A model generated the notes under the pieces. That model made no database searches. It was not told the origin of the DNA and worked only from the letters and a program-made list of their open reading frames with translations. Below, in pieces: positions 1 to 8,216 of a DNA stretch of 64,000 nucleotides. The translations under genes and the position numbers were made by a program. The DNA comes from Phycisphaerae bacterium (lineage in GTDB: Bacteria; Planctomycetota; Phycisphaerae; Sedimentisphaerales; Anaerobacaceae), in contig JAQTMR010000007.1 in NCBI GenBank assembly GCA_028714255.1, positions 52,341-116,340 on the forward strand, written 5' to 3'. Numbering within the stretch: position 1 is the first letter of the stretch; each line of letters opens with the position of its first letter.

Positions 1-279
1 CTTTGAGATATGAATTCCCCCCAGGAGAGTCTCGATTTTGCCGTTTTTGTCTTCTTTAATCCAGAGTTCTTTACCCCCGGCTTTAATAGACTGGATATAA
101 ACGCTTCCCTTTTTAGTAAGGTACTTTCTCTGCATAAAGACTATTCTACCGTCTTTTTACAATTTTTCAAAAGAATAGCTTTTTTATGCCGGAAGGCATC
201 CCTTACGGGATTCGGCAGGGGGGCAACACATCTTAAACACGGTTTAATATCTACCTGCACTGAACTTTTCCCGACAATC

Positions 280-309
280 AAAAAAGGCCGACTTTTTCGA
301 ATCGGCCTT
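280..309 (-). terminator. Rho-independent terminator after the anti-sigma-like gene
   Basis: 8-bp stem AAGGCCGA (284-291) / TCGGCCTT (302-309) with a 10-nt loop. On the minus strand the stem runs into a T-tract (A-run 280-285 on the + strand). It lies about 33 nt past the stop codon at 342-344. Confidence 0.6.
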
Positions 310-341
310 CGCAAAATCCATTAAAAAAACCAGCCCGCTTT

Positions 342-1964
342 TTAAATCCCGCCGTCAATAAACCATCGTTTTGCGGGGTTATCGTTTCTCACCGCTAAGT
401 TAAACTTTTTAATTCGCAATTCACGACACCTTACAAAGTAAGACGACTGTTCCTCCGACCAGGAAGCTTCGCCTACATCCACGGTTGGGAGTTGTTCTTT
501 TACATTTATTCCGTGTTTTGCCACTTCTTCGAATTCGCCCTTCATTCCTTTAAGCTCAGAGTAAGGTATAAACTTTTGCATTTCGCTCCAGTCCAGGTTT
601 GAAAAGGCCTCATAAAATGCTTTTACAGCCTCCTGCGGTGACATTTTAGCGTATCTGTCGTTGTCCGGCAAAACCTCCGGCTCATCAGACCACTTTGTTT
701 CCTCTTGAACTTGCATCTTGCTGTCAAATCGCCCTGTTATTACGAACCTCTTGGCGGAATTCGCATTGGATACCCGCACGTAGTATTCTCTCGGCTGAAG
801 TTTGATTTCATATGGAACAAACCAGCCGGGATATAAACCGGATTTGAACGGCTCGCCTATCGAAATAATCTCCAGACCACCGTAATATTCTTTTAACCTG
901 TCATCGACACGTGAAGCCGACCAGAATTTGAGAACCTCATCCCAGTTCTCATCCGCACAGGCCTGGAAAAATGCCCGAGCGACTTCATCCGGTTTCATCT
1001 GCTGGTACTTTTCATTGTCTGGCAGAACTTTGGGCTTCTCGAACCATATCACATCCTTAGGCAGTTCAAGAGTGAACAGGCTATTATCGATTTGCGGGTT
1101 GTACTCGATATCGGTAACCTCGAAAATCAGGACGTCCTTTTTATCGGCGTGCACGAATACCTCAAAACCTTTCAGCAGTTTCGTTTCTGCGTCAAAGCGG
1201 TAAACCTTTTTGTGGTCGGATTCTGTTATAAACGTATTTCTGCACCAGTCATTCGTAAAGTCCCCTTGTGCGGCCGATTCGGTCTCAAGCACCAGTTCCG
1301 TCCCCTCTTTCGACACTTCATTATACACACACATTTGACTGTCGGACCGTTCCATCGTTTCCTTCAGAACGTTATCTATAATCTCACCAACATTCATCAA
1401 ATGTCCATACCATGTGTCAAAAGCGCCGATAGGGCACGGTTTTTCTTTAACTGCATTATTGTTTCCCATTAGCATTATTGTCGAGTTACCATCCATAACA
1501 AGTATCCGACCGGGTTTCTCTACTCGCCATTGTGAAATACCTCCATCATCAACTTTCTTCCACATCTCAATCGGCACAAAATCGTACTCCAGGCCAATCA
1601 TCCCCATGTTGTCCCCCGGAAGCGTTCGCATCCTCGCCTTAATATGGATTGACCGTACATCTTCAACCGCTTTAGCTGCTTCAGTAAGTACCTGTATTGC
1701 CGAAGCCGAAGCCGTCGGAATTGAACTGTTCCACACCGTCATTGAAACCACTATCGTTGCTATTACCACTGTAGCTGCCGCGAATTTTGTTATTCTGCTT
1801 TTCATAATTATTCTCCATACACTCGGCTGAAAAATAGCCGAACGTGTCTCCCTTGATTTATCCTGCTCGTCAAAAAGACTGTTTAGAACTGCCTTATTGA
1901 CCTTCGGATTGGTTTTTATCGATACATTTTGAATCAGTTTTTTTATATTTTCTGCCGGCCTCAT
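342..1964 (-). CDS. Membrane-anchored anti-sigma-factor-like protein with a tandem duplicated C-terminal domain
   Basis: 540-aa ORF. Its ATG overlaps the stop of the upstream ECF sigma gene by 4 nt (1961-1964). It has a short cytoplasmic N-terminus, one TM helix (FAAATVVIATIVVSMTVW) and a large extracytoplasmic part. That part ends in two tandem ~115-aa copies of one domain: PKVLPDNEKYQQMKPDEVARAFFQ...NSAKRFVITG and PEVLPDNDRYAKMSPQEAVKAFYE...NPAKRWFIDGG. The anti-sigma role is inferred from position and topology only. Confidence 0.6.
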   Translation of the reverse strand: MRPAENIKKLIQNVSIKTNPKVNKAVLNSLFDEQDKSRETRSAIFQPSVWRIIMKSRITKFAAATVVIATIVVSMTVWNSSIPTASASAIQVLTEAAKAVEDVRSIHIKARMRTLPGDNMGMIGLEYDFVPIEMWKKVDDGGISQWRVEKPGRILVMDGNSTIMLMGNNNAVKEKPCPIGAFDTWYGHLMNVGEIIDNVLKETMERSDSQMCVYNEVSKEGTELVLETESAAQGDFTNDWCRNTFITESDHKKVYRFDAETKLLKGFEVFVHADKKDVLIFEVTDIEYNPQIDNSLFTLELPKDVIWFEKPKVLPDNEKYQQMKPDEVARAFFQACADENWDEVLKFWSASRVDDRLKEYYGGLEIISIGEPFKSGLYPGWFVPYEIKLQPREYYVRVSNANSAKRFVITGRFDSKMQVQEETKWSDEPEVLPDNDRYAKMSPQEAVKAFYEAFSNLDWSEMQKFIPYSELKGMKGEFEEVAKHGINVKEQLPTVDVGEASWSEEQSSYFVRCRELRIKKFNLAVRNDNPAKRWFIDGGI

Positions 1965-2545
1965 TTCGTTACCTCGCCATTCAATACCGACCGCAGTTTA
2001 TTTAGCCCATAACGGTATCTGCTCAATGTTGTTTGTATGGAAGTTTCCTGCATTTTGGCTATCTCTCGAAATTTCATTCTCCCTTGAATATGCAGGACGA
2101 CCGCCTCTTTCTGTTCGTATGGAAGCTGCATCATTGCGTCATTTAGTTGCCGGAATTCTTCGTTGTCTATAATCCATTGTTCAGGCCTTTTGAAATTTGC
2201 AGCTCCCGGCTCAATCTCATCGAGATTGACCGTGCGATGTGCGAATTTTGCCCTGTTAAGGTTCCGTGCCTTGTTGGCAACGCACTTCGCCAAATACCCT
2301 CGCAGACTCCCCGTAAGCTGGAACTGGCCCGATGAGCGAACGAACGCGACAAAAACATCGTGCACAATGTCTTCAGCAGCGTTTGTTTCGTTCAATAGCC
2401 CCGCAGCTATTCGCAGCAGGTCATCTCTATACTTTTCATATATTCGGGATAGTGCATCTCTGCTTCCGCGATTTAACTTCCAGATAAGCAGCCTGTCTTC
2501 TATCACCTGAATATCCTTTAAATATCCAAACCGTTCGAACGCCAC
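1961..2545 (-). CDS. ECF-type RNA polymerase sigma-70 family factor
   Basis: 194 aa. Region 2-like segment AEDIVHDVFVAF and region 4 HTH segment MKFREIAKMQETSIQTTLSRYRYGLNKLR. Translationally coupled to the downstream membrane protein. Confidence 0.9.
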   Translation of the reverse strand: MAFERFGYLKDIQVIEDRLLIWKLNRGSRDALSRIYEKYRDDLLRIAAGLLNETNAAEDIVHDVFVAFVRSSGQFQLTGSLRGYLAKCVANKARNLNRAKFAHRTVNLDEIEPGAANFKRPEQWIIDNEEFRQLNDAMMQLPYEQKEAVVLHIQGRMKFREIAKMQETSIQTTLSRYRYGLNKLRSVLNGEVTK

Positions 2546-2690
2546 TTATACAACAACTAAGTCCCCAATTTTACTTTAAGAAAAATCCCTTTTTGCCTGA
2601 TTTTCTGTAATCTTACCCCCGTATGAATAGAAAAACACGTAAAATACCCGCCTGTGAATGGTTTAGAACCTTTATTTGCTTTGTGGATTG

Positions 2691-5486
2691 TTACAAAGTA
2701 TCCTCAAGCCAGTTTTCTGCAAGAACGGCGAGGTCTTCAATGTCCACTATACCGTTCCCGAAAGGCAGTGGCGAAATATCAACGGATGGCTCGTCTTGCA
2801 GCCAGTATTGCCCCATCTTGCTTAAGTCCTCTAAGTTAACCGTCCCGTCATTATTTAAATCACCGGACTCGACTAACAAGTACCACATTGTCTCATACGC
2901 AGGCGATATTTCAATAACGGTCTGGTTGTTTTCGATAGTCGTAGGCACTGCCGATTTTATCGTTCCATCCGCAGCTAGGGCATAACACCTAAGCCCCCGC
3001 AGCGGAAATCTTATTATGGCCGAAACCGGCTCGATTAGAACCGGAGCGCCTCCCCAATTCGTACCCACAGTTGTGCGGTCTGCGGAGAATATCATTCCGG
3101 TGTTCTCGCATCGCCCGCAGGCCGTGATGAGGATTTTCTCTCCTTCCGGCAGCGGCAATTTTATACTGTCCGGCCTTAAATATGTTACGGTCAGCGCAGC
3201 GTAATTCGGCTCACTGACTTCTATTTTGTTATTGCTTGCAGCGGCGAATTTTTCTCGATGGCCGATATAAACCCATGCCGATTCCCCGGTTGCGGAATAT
3301 ATCCCATTACCATCGCTGCCAATCTCCCATCCCATCACTGTTTGGTTCGGGTCATTCGGCGAGCTTGTACTGCCAGTCTCGTAAAGGCTGTTAGCTATGC
3401 GATTATCAAGTAAATCATCCCTGCTGAATCCGGAATTCTCCGCAAGAATTCCGAACATGTCACTGCCGTGCTTGAGATACGAATCCGCCAAAGACACCAA
3501 ATCATCGTTCGCATCCGCCAATCCTGCGTAATAATATGTATCCCCGACCGGCCCAATCCCGCCGTACCGAAAGATACTTGCTCCCGCCGATACGAATCCC
3601 CACTTGGCCGGATTGTGAAGAATATCGAAGTAACTGTTAAGATAGTTATCATTCCAGTCATCCGAGTTGTGTGTATAAGAGTAAATCCATAAACCGTCCC
3701 AGTCCTGGGCCGCCGCAAACGAGGTGAGCATGCCGACGCATGATGCCTGACTATCTAATGGTGCCGCATGGTTGTATTCACTGACCACAAATGGTTTGCC
3801 GGCGTAACCGGAACCTTTACCGAGCCGACAGCCAGCCAACCCGAACAATGTGGCTTCATTGATATAGTCGGTCATTGGTTTTTGCTCGATATACCAGTTG
3901 GCAGGGTCCCAGGGTGCACCCGGAAACCTCGGATGCTGCCAGTAGGAGTGGGCATCGATGTAATCCATATCGCTTTGCGCATACAGCCCCAACGGCCCGA
4001 ATACAATCGTGCCGGTAACAAGGGCGTCGCAGCCGAGGTCGTTCTTTATGTAGCTGCGCATATCGTCGAAATATGCCTTTTCTGTCTCCGCCAGAAATCT
4101 TAGTTGGTCGATTCTCCGTTCTTCGACCGCCGTATCGACAAATAAACGCACTGTGCCGGTCTCGATGAATTCGTCTTCCATAAGCCCCGTCTGACCGCCC
4201 GTGCGCAGCTGCGGATTTCTCAAATAGAATGTTGTTGTATCACCGCCGCCGAAGCTGAATGTTACCCTGCCGTTGTCGTCGTCAGCCGTAGCGGTAAAGG
4301 TATAAGTAAAGCTCTGCCAGTCGGTTGTTAAATTCGCCGTCCCATTCAGGCCTAAATTGCCCCATGGGTCGTGATGCTGCATAACATTGAACGATACCGA
4401 ACGCGGTGCTTCAGCCGCGGCCTCGAAACTCAAAGTATAAAATTGCCCTTCGACAATTTGCAGGTTGCTTTGTCTCACCTGCAAATGCCAGCCGGCGTCG
4501 TCTGTTATGTTTATGGTAAATCGTGCGCCTGTCTGTGACTGATATGTCCCCAGTTCGAAATCGGCGTCGCATCCCTCGTGCTCTTCCAAATACCATTTGT
4601 CATCGGGGTCAACGCCGGGGTTATTGAAGTTGTCCACAAAACTCGTCAGGACGTTTTCCCCCAGCGGCTCAACATTACTGTTCCAAAAATCCCTCAAATT
4701 ATTTGTATCGCCATATTCGCCCCCGAGCCAGTCGTTATACTGCTGTTGCAGAATGTCGGCGTAATAGCTCGGCAGGCTGCGCAGCTTCGTGGGTCCGTCC
4801 CACATGAAAAAACTGTCCTCGTTGGTTATCTCTACGAACGCAATCGCCGGGTCATCAGCGTAACGCACACCACGGTACGGATTCACATGCTCGAGCATCT
4901 GTTGCGCAAAGCTTTTTTGCGCGTTTATCAGGGCCGGCGTAAAAATCCCCACGATTTTGTCATAATCCGTGTTCGGTGTTGGCAAACCTAAATACTGGCT
5001 GTGCGCTCGGCCGACATGCAGGTTCAGGTTAGTGTAAATACCTCTTTGCGCCAGCTCATTTATGTAATAATCCAAACGTTCCATTGCTTCGGGATATATG
5101 GTTTGTCCATTCGTCGGGTTCCAAAGCCCGCTCGGATAGTTCGAAGTGTCCATATGATGACAGCGAACGGAATTTATTCCTGCCGAGGCCAGCCGTTCCG
5201 CTGAAACAGCCGCATCACTATGACTTGGAAAATTCCCGGCGAAAGAAAAATTCACTCCCCAGATTTTAGCTCTTTCTCCATCTCGGAAGAAATGGTCAGC
5301 TTCCGCTGTGATTCTGTTGCTATCAACACCTATTGGCTCGTTTTCCACTGCTATAAGTGAATTAGCGTCCTGCTGTGCCGGAATCAAAAACGGAACCATA
5401 TCAGCAAGACAAAACGAAGAGCTGAAGATAATAAGAAAAGAGGAAATTAAAAAGCTACGGGCATTCGTCATAAACTGGGTCTTCAT
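2691..5486 (-). CDS. Secreted clan GH-A (GH5-like TIM-barrel) glycoside hydrolase with an internal CBM4/9-like module and a C-terminal dockerin-like tail
   Basis: The ORF is open to 5525. The ATG at 5486 has a GGAGAA 9 nt upstream and begins a signal peptide (MKTQFMTNARSFLISSFLIIFSSSFCLA). Catalytic-type motifs: VRCHHMD, ITNEDSFF (NE acid/base), VVSEYNH. CBM-like beta-sandwich segment: GWHLQVRQSNLQIVEGQFYTLSFEA...RVTFSFGG. C-terminus: GDLNNDGTVNLEDL...GNGIVDIEDLAVLAENWLE. Substrate unknown. Confidence 0.8.
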   Translation of the reverse strand: MKTQFMTNARSFLISSFLIIFSSSFCLADMVPFLIPAQQDANSLIAVENEPIGVDSNRITAEADHFFRDGERAKIWGVNFSFAGNFPSHSDAAVSAERLASAGINSVRCHHMDTSNYPSGLWNPTNGQTIYPEAMERLDYYINELAQRGIYTNLNLHVGRAHSQYLGLPTPNTDYDKIVGIFTPALINAQKSFAQQMLEHVNPYRGVRYADDPAIAFVEITNEDSFFMWDGPTKLRSLPSYYADILQQQYNDWLGGEYGDTNNLRDFWNSNVEPLGENVLTSFVDNFNNPGVDPDDKWYLEEHEGCDADFELGTYQSQTGARFTINITDDAGWHLQVRQSNLQIVEGQFYTLSFEAAAEAPRSVSFNVMQHHDPWGNLGLNGTANLTTDWQSFTYTFTATADDDNGRVTFSFGGGDTTTFYLRNPQLRTGGQTGLMEDEFIETGTVRLFVDTAVEERRIDQLRFLAETEKAYFDDMRSYIKNDLGCDALVTGTIVFGPLGLYAQSDMDYIDAHSYWQHPRFPGAPWDPANWYIEQKPMTDYINEATLFGLAGCRLGKGSGYAGKPFVVSEYNHAAPLDSQASCVGMLTSFAAAQDWDGLWIYSYTHNSDDWNDNYLNSYFDILHNPAKWGFVSAGASIFRYGGIGPVGDTYYYAGLADANDDLVSLADSYLKHGSDMFGILAENSGFSRDDLLDNRIANSLYETGSTSSPNDPNQTVMGWEIGSDGNGIYSATGESAWVYIGHREKFAAASNNKIEVSEPNYAALTVTYLRPDSIKLPLPEGEKILITACGRCENTGMIFSADRTTVGTNWGGAPVLIEPVSAIIRFPLRGLRCYALAADGTIKSAVPTTIENNQTVIEISPAYETMWYLLVESGDLNNDGTVNLEDLSKMGQYWLQDEPSVDISPLPFGNGIVDIEDLAVLAENWLEDTL

Positions 5487-5615
5487 TGTTTGATATTCTC
5501 CAAACAAATCTACCCTCTCCCACATGCTATTTCGGCAGGAACTAACCTTACAATAACATTATACCAGAAAACACCCCCATTTTAAAGCCTTTCTTTGTTA
5601 GAATACTGTTAGAAA

Positions 5616-6608
5616 TTAAACAGCATCCATCGGATATACAAGCCCCCATTGCTGCCGAACCCGGTCCATCGTCCTCATAAAGGCAATACTGGTCTCCAAA
5701 GGCATCGCCGGGCACTCGACCTCGCCGTCGCGCAAACACCGCATAACCTCCTGTGCCTCGTAACTGTATCCGTTTCCGAGCCGTTCGAATTTAATTTCTT
5801 TCTCCTGCTGCTGCCCGGATTTGACAATTATTCTGTCAGGCTGAAAAAACATATGCGGCAGCTTGATATATCCGTCGGTTCCGTAAATCGCCGCCTCGAA
5901 AGCAGTCTCGGTCTGAACCGCACACGTAAGCACAGCCATTGCCCCGCCTTTGTATCCGAAAATCATCGAACCCTGCTCATCGACGCCCGTCTCCCCGATA
6001 TGTGCCATACTGCTGATTCGCTCAGGCTCGGCCCCGTATATTATTTGAGCCAATGCTATATTATAAATTCCCACGTCGAGCAGCGCACCGCCTCCGAGTT
6101 GGGGATTCAGCACTCTGCCCTGCGGGTTCCATTTGCTCCGAAGACAGAAGTTGGCTTGTATCAGCCGAACCTCTCCGATGGCCCCGTCAGAGACAAGCTG
6201 ACAAACCTTCTTTATTCCCGGGAAGAAATACGTCCACATCGCTTCCATTAAAAATAGATTCTTTTCCTTCGCGCACGTAATCATCTGCATAACTTCTTTG
6301 CTGTTCATAGCGAAGGGCTTTTCGCACAGTACCGCTTTTCCGCCCATCAGGCAGTTTGTAGTATCGTCCTTGTGCATCGGGTTAGGCGTAGCTATATATA
6401 CGACATCGACGTCTTTATCGCAGGCCAGTTCATCGGAGCCGATATGTCGATTTGGGACATTGAATTCCGAGGCGAATTTCTCCGCTGATTCTTTTGTTCG
6501 TGACGATACTGCTGTAAGCTCCGCGTCTTCAAGTACGCCAAGACCTTGCGCGAATTTATGTGCTATCCCGCCGGTCCCGACTATGCCCCATCTAATCTTG
6601 TTCGCCAT
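5616..6608 (-). CDS. Gfo/Idh/MocA family NAD(P)-dependent oxidoreductase
   Basis: 330 aa. N-terminal Rossmann motif IRWGIVGTGGIAHKF and the family motif LCEKPFAMN. Confidence 0.9.
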   Translation of the reverse strand: MANKIRWGIVGTGGIAHKFAQGLGVLEDAELTAVSSRTKESAEKFASEFNVPNRHIGSDELACDKDVDVVYIATPNPMHKDDTTNCLMGGKAVLCEKPFAMNSKEVMQMITCAKEKNLFLMEAMWTYFFPGIKKVCQLVSDGAIGEVRLIQANFCLRSKWNPQGRVLNPQLGGGALLDVGIYNIALAQIIYGAEPERISSMAHIGETGVDEQGSMIFGYKGGAMAVLTCAVQTETAFEAAIYGTDGYIKLPHMFFQPDRIIVKSGQQQEKEIKFERLGNGYSYEAQEVMRCLRDGEVECPAMPLETSIAFMRTMDRVRQQWGLVYPMDAV

Positions 6609-6829
6609 TAGTTTTCCTTTCGTTAGTTAGTTCGAGATAATCATAAATCATTTTTCGGATATTTTCAATATTTAGCGGGATTTGGGGGAATATGGAGTTT
6701 TTGAGAAAATTCAATCAAACGCGAGGGGACTTTTAAGCAAAAAAGGGAAATATTAAAAAAAGCTTAACTGCTTTGACGGCAAGAAGCTATCTCGGCTGTT
6801 ACTATCTAAGAAATCGTAAATTTCACAAC

Positions 6830-7440
6830 GGCTGCGCAGATTAAGGCATATATAGGGCCCGTCTTCGTTAAAAACTACGCCGCGGTCTTCGCTACGCTAC
6901 GATAAAATGGCTTGAAACGGGGTAACGGAGTTCGTTTAGAGGCAAGCTTGCAATAACTTGCAATAGTTTGCAAAAACTAACAAAAACTATACCGAAACTT
7001 ACAACAATAGTACTCAAACTTACAAAAACTTGTGCAAAACTTACAACAATTTTGCATCGTATCTTGTGAAGCGTGAAGCGTATCTCGCTGGGGAAAATTT
7101 TACCGCAGTCCTTGGGACTCCTTACGGAGAGTACGCGGAGAACGCAGAGAAAAATTAACCACGGTTTTTTTTAGCCACAGAGTTCACAGAGGACACAGAG
7201 AAATTTAATAGGCTGGTAGTGACGTAGTCCTTTTGATTAGTCAAAAGGACTACGAGCATTTTATAAACGTAAAGGTTTTTTTAGGCACGGATACCTTGGG
7301 CACAAGTTTACACAGATTTTTTTATGGTGATTTTGGGGAGAGAAAATTTCCGGCTTGTATTTGGGGAGAATGTTAGAAAAGTATGAAGAGTAAGAGATGG
7401 AAGAAAGGACGTTGGGACAGCGGTGACGGGTAAAACGGGA
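6830..7440. repeat. Intergenic repeat island I, a mosaic of short repeat modules
   Basis: Non-coding stretch. Its modules recur at 41100-41920 and 59285-60720. They are a ~50-nt module (6858-6907, compare 41479-41529), a 10-bp phased element (6946-7056), 9-mer triplet modules (7101-7206, 7275-7322) and a 13-bp-stem palindrome (7224-7253). Confidence 0.85.
6946..7056. repeat. CTTRCAAnAA units phased at 10-11 bp (A-tract array); homolog at 59684-59772
   Basis: CTTGCA/TTTGCA/CTAACA/CTTACA unit starts at 6947, 6957, 6967, 6977, 6987, 6998, 7018, 7028 and 7039. The element ends in the inverted repeat TGCAAAA-cttacaacaa-TTTTGCA. The second copy has the same module order. Confidence 0.85.
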
Positions 7441-7448
7441 ATTCATCG

Positions 7449-7587
7449 AGTCGCCGTGCCGGCGACTGCTAAACAAATAAACAACGTCGTCGTGCCGACG
7501 ATGGCTAAACGAAGATTTATCAAGTCGCCGTCCCGGCGATTGCTAAACAAATAAACAACGTCGCCGTGCCGACGGCGGCTAAACGTT
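7449..7587 (+). repeat. Array of four REP hairpins (consensus rGTCGCCGTGCCGGCGACtGCTAAAC)
   Basis: Copies at 7449-7477, 7485-7513, 7523-7551 and 7559-7587, all in the same orientation and arranged as two ~74-bp dimers. Each has an imperfect palindrome (GTCGCCG-ngc-CGGCGAC) followed by GCTAAAC. The last copy overlaps the RAYT stop codon (7579-7581). Confidence 0.85.
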
Positions 7588-8124
7588 CAAAGGTGTGACG
7601 AAATCCCAAGATTGAGGCGAAAGACCGGAATTCTCGGGGTTGGCACAGATATATTCGATAGCGGCAGTTAAAGTATCCGCGTCATTGATGAAAGTCTTCC
7701 ATGAACTGCGAGTCCATGGGGTGTTTTCGAGTTTCATTGCTTTTGTAGCTGCACCTTTTAACTGGTTGATAAGATATTCGATTCTGTAATTCGACCGCAT
7801 GATAAGTATATGCACATGGTCATTCATTATCGCACAGGCAGGTACTGTAATATTAAGTCTGTTAGTAACCGTCTGAAAACCTGATGCTACAAGCGGCCTT
7901 GTTCTATCGTTAATGAAAAACGGAGGACGAGTCGTGTTTTGTTTTGCTACGGCCCAAAAATTTTGAAGTGTCTTTTTTGCAGGTTGCGGACTCTGTCGCC
8001 CGTATTTTACAATTCCAAGGGAGCGTAGTTGCTCAATGTAAACATCTTTTGAGTACGAACCCCGCGGGTCATTTGGCAGCCAAGTGCCGTATGTAGTAAA
8101 TATAGCATGATAAGCAATAATCAT
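7579..8124 (-). CDS. REP-associated tyrosine transposase (RAYT; IS200/IS605-type Y1 HUH transposase fold)
   Basis: 181 aa. HUH motif in NDHVHILIMRS, C-terminal catalytic-Tyr motif AIEYICANPENSGL, N-terminus IAYHAIFTTYGTWLPNDPRGS. Bracketed by REP hairpins on both sides. Confidence 0.85.
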   Translation of the reverse strand: MIIAYHAIFTTYGTWLPNDPRGSYSKDVYIEQLRSLGIVKYGRQSPQPAKKTLQNFWAVAKQNTTRPPFFINDRTRPLVASGFQTVTNRLNITVPACAIMNDHVHILIMRSNYRIEYLINQLKGAATKAMKLENTPWTRSSWKTFINDADTLTAAIEYICANPENSGLSPQSWDFVTPLNV

Positions 8125-8137
8125 AACAATTTCTATG

Positions 8138-8213
8138 TTTGTTTAGCAGTAGTCGGAACGACTACTATTCAATAAGCCTTAAAAAGTCGCCGTTACGGCG
8201 ACTGCTAAACAAA
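8138..8213. repeat. Two REP copies on the 5' side of the RAYT gene (one inverted, one direct)
   Basis: 8138-8166 is TTTGTTTAGCAGTAGTCGGAACGACTACT, the reverse complement of the REP consensus. 8185-8213 is AGTCGCCGTTACGGCGACTGCTAAACAAA. Confidence 0.8.
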
Positions 8214-8216
8214 GTT

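Larger units (their letters stand above)
7449..8213 (-). mobile_element. RAYT plus flanking REP cluster (domesticated transposase / REP locus)
   Basis: A single Y1 transposase-like gene with four REPs on its 3' side. On its 5' side there is one REP in inverted orientation (8138-8166) and one in direct orientation (8185-8213). I see no IS-type terminal structures or tnpB. Confidence 0.7.

Noticed and set aside
10-324. 104-aa + strand ORF at the left edge
   Set aside because: It has no RBS or recognisable motifs and runs through the minus-strand terminator hairpin at 284-309. The opposite strand has an ATG at 135-133 that stays open to the window edge (MQRKYLTKKGSVYIQSIKAGGKELWIKEDKNGKIETLLGGIHISK...). 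That may be the start of a real gene leaving the window, but 45 codons without an RBS or homology are not enough to call either.
6830-7440. Whether the repeat islands (6830-7440, 41100-41920, 59285-60720) are CRISPR arrays
   Set aside because: There is no constant direct repeat alternating with unique spacers of fixed length. The modules differ in sequence, occur in both orientations and are interleaved with other repeat families. No cas genes are present.
7261-7476. ORFs called inside repeat islands: 7261..7476, 41045..41233, 41123..41326, 41430..41663, 41489..41683, 41900..42139, 59859..60044, 60175..60408, 60314..60664, 62558..62829
   Set aside because: Their reading frames are generated by the repeat modules themselves, giving peptides such as NEPNFRK or FDKLTING. 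They have no RBS, and the same sequences occur in both orientations.
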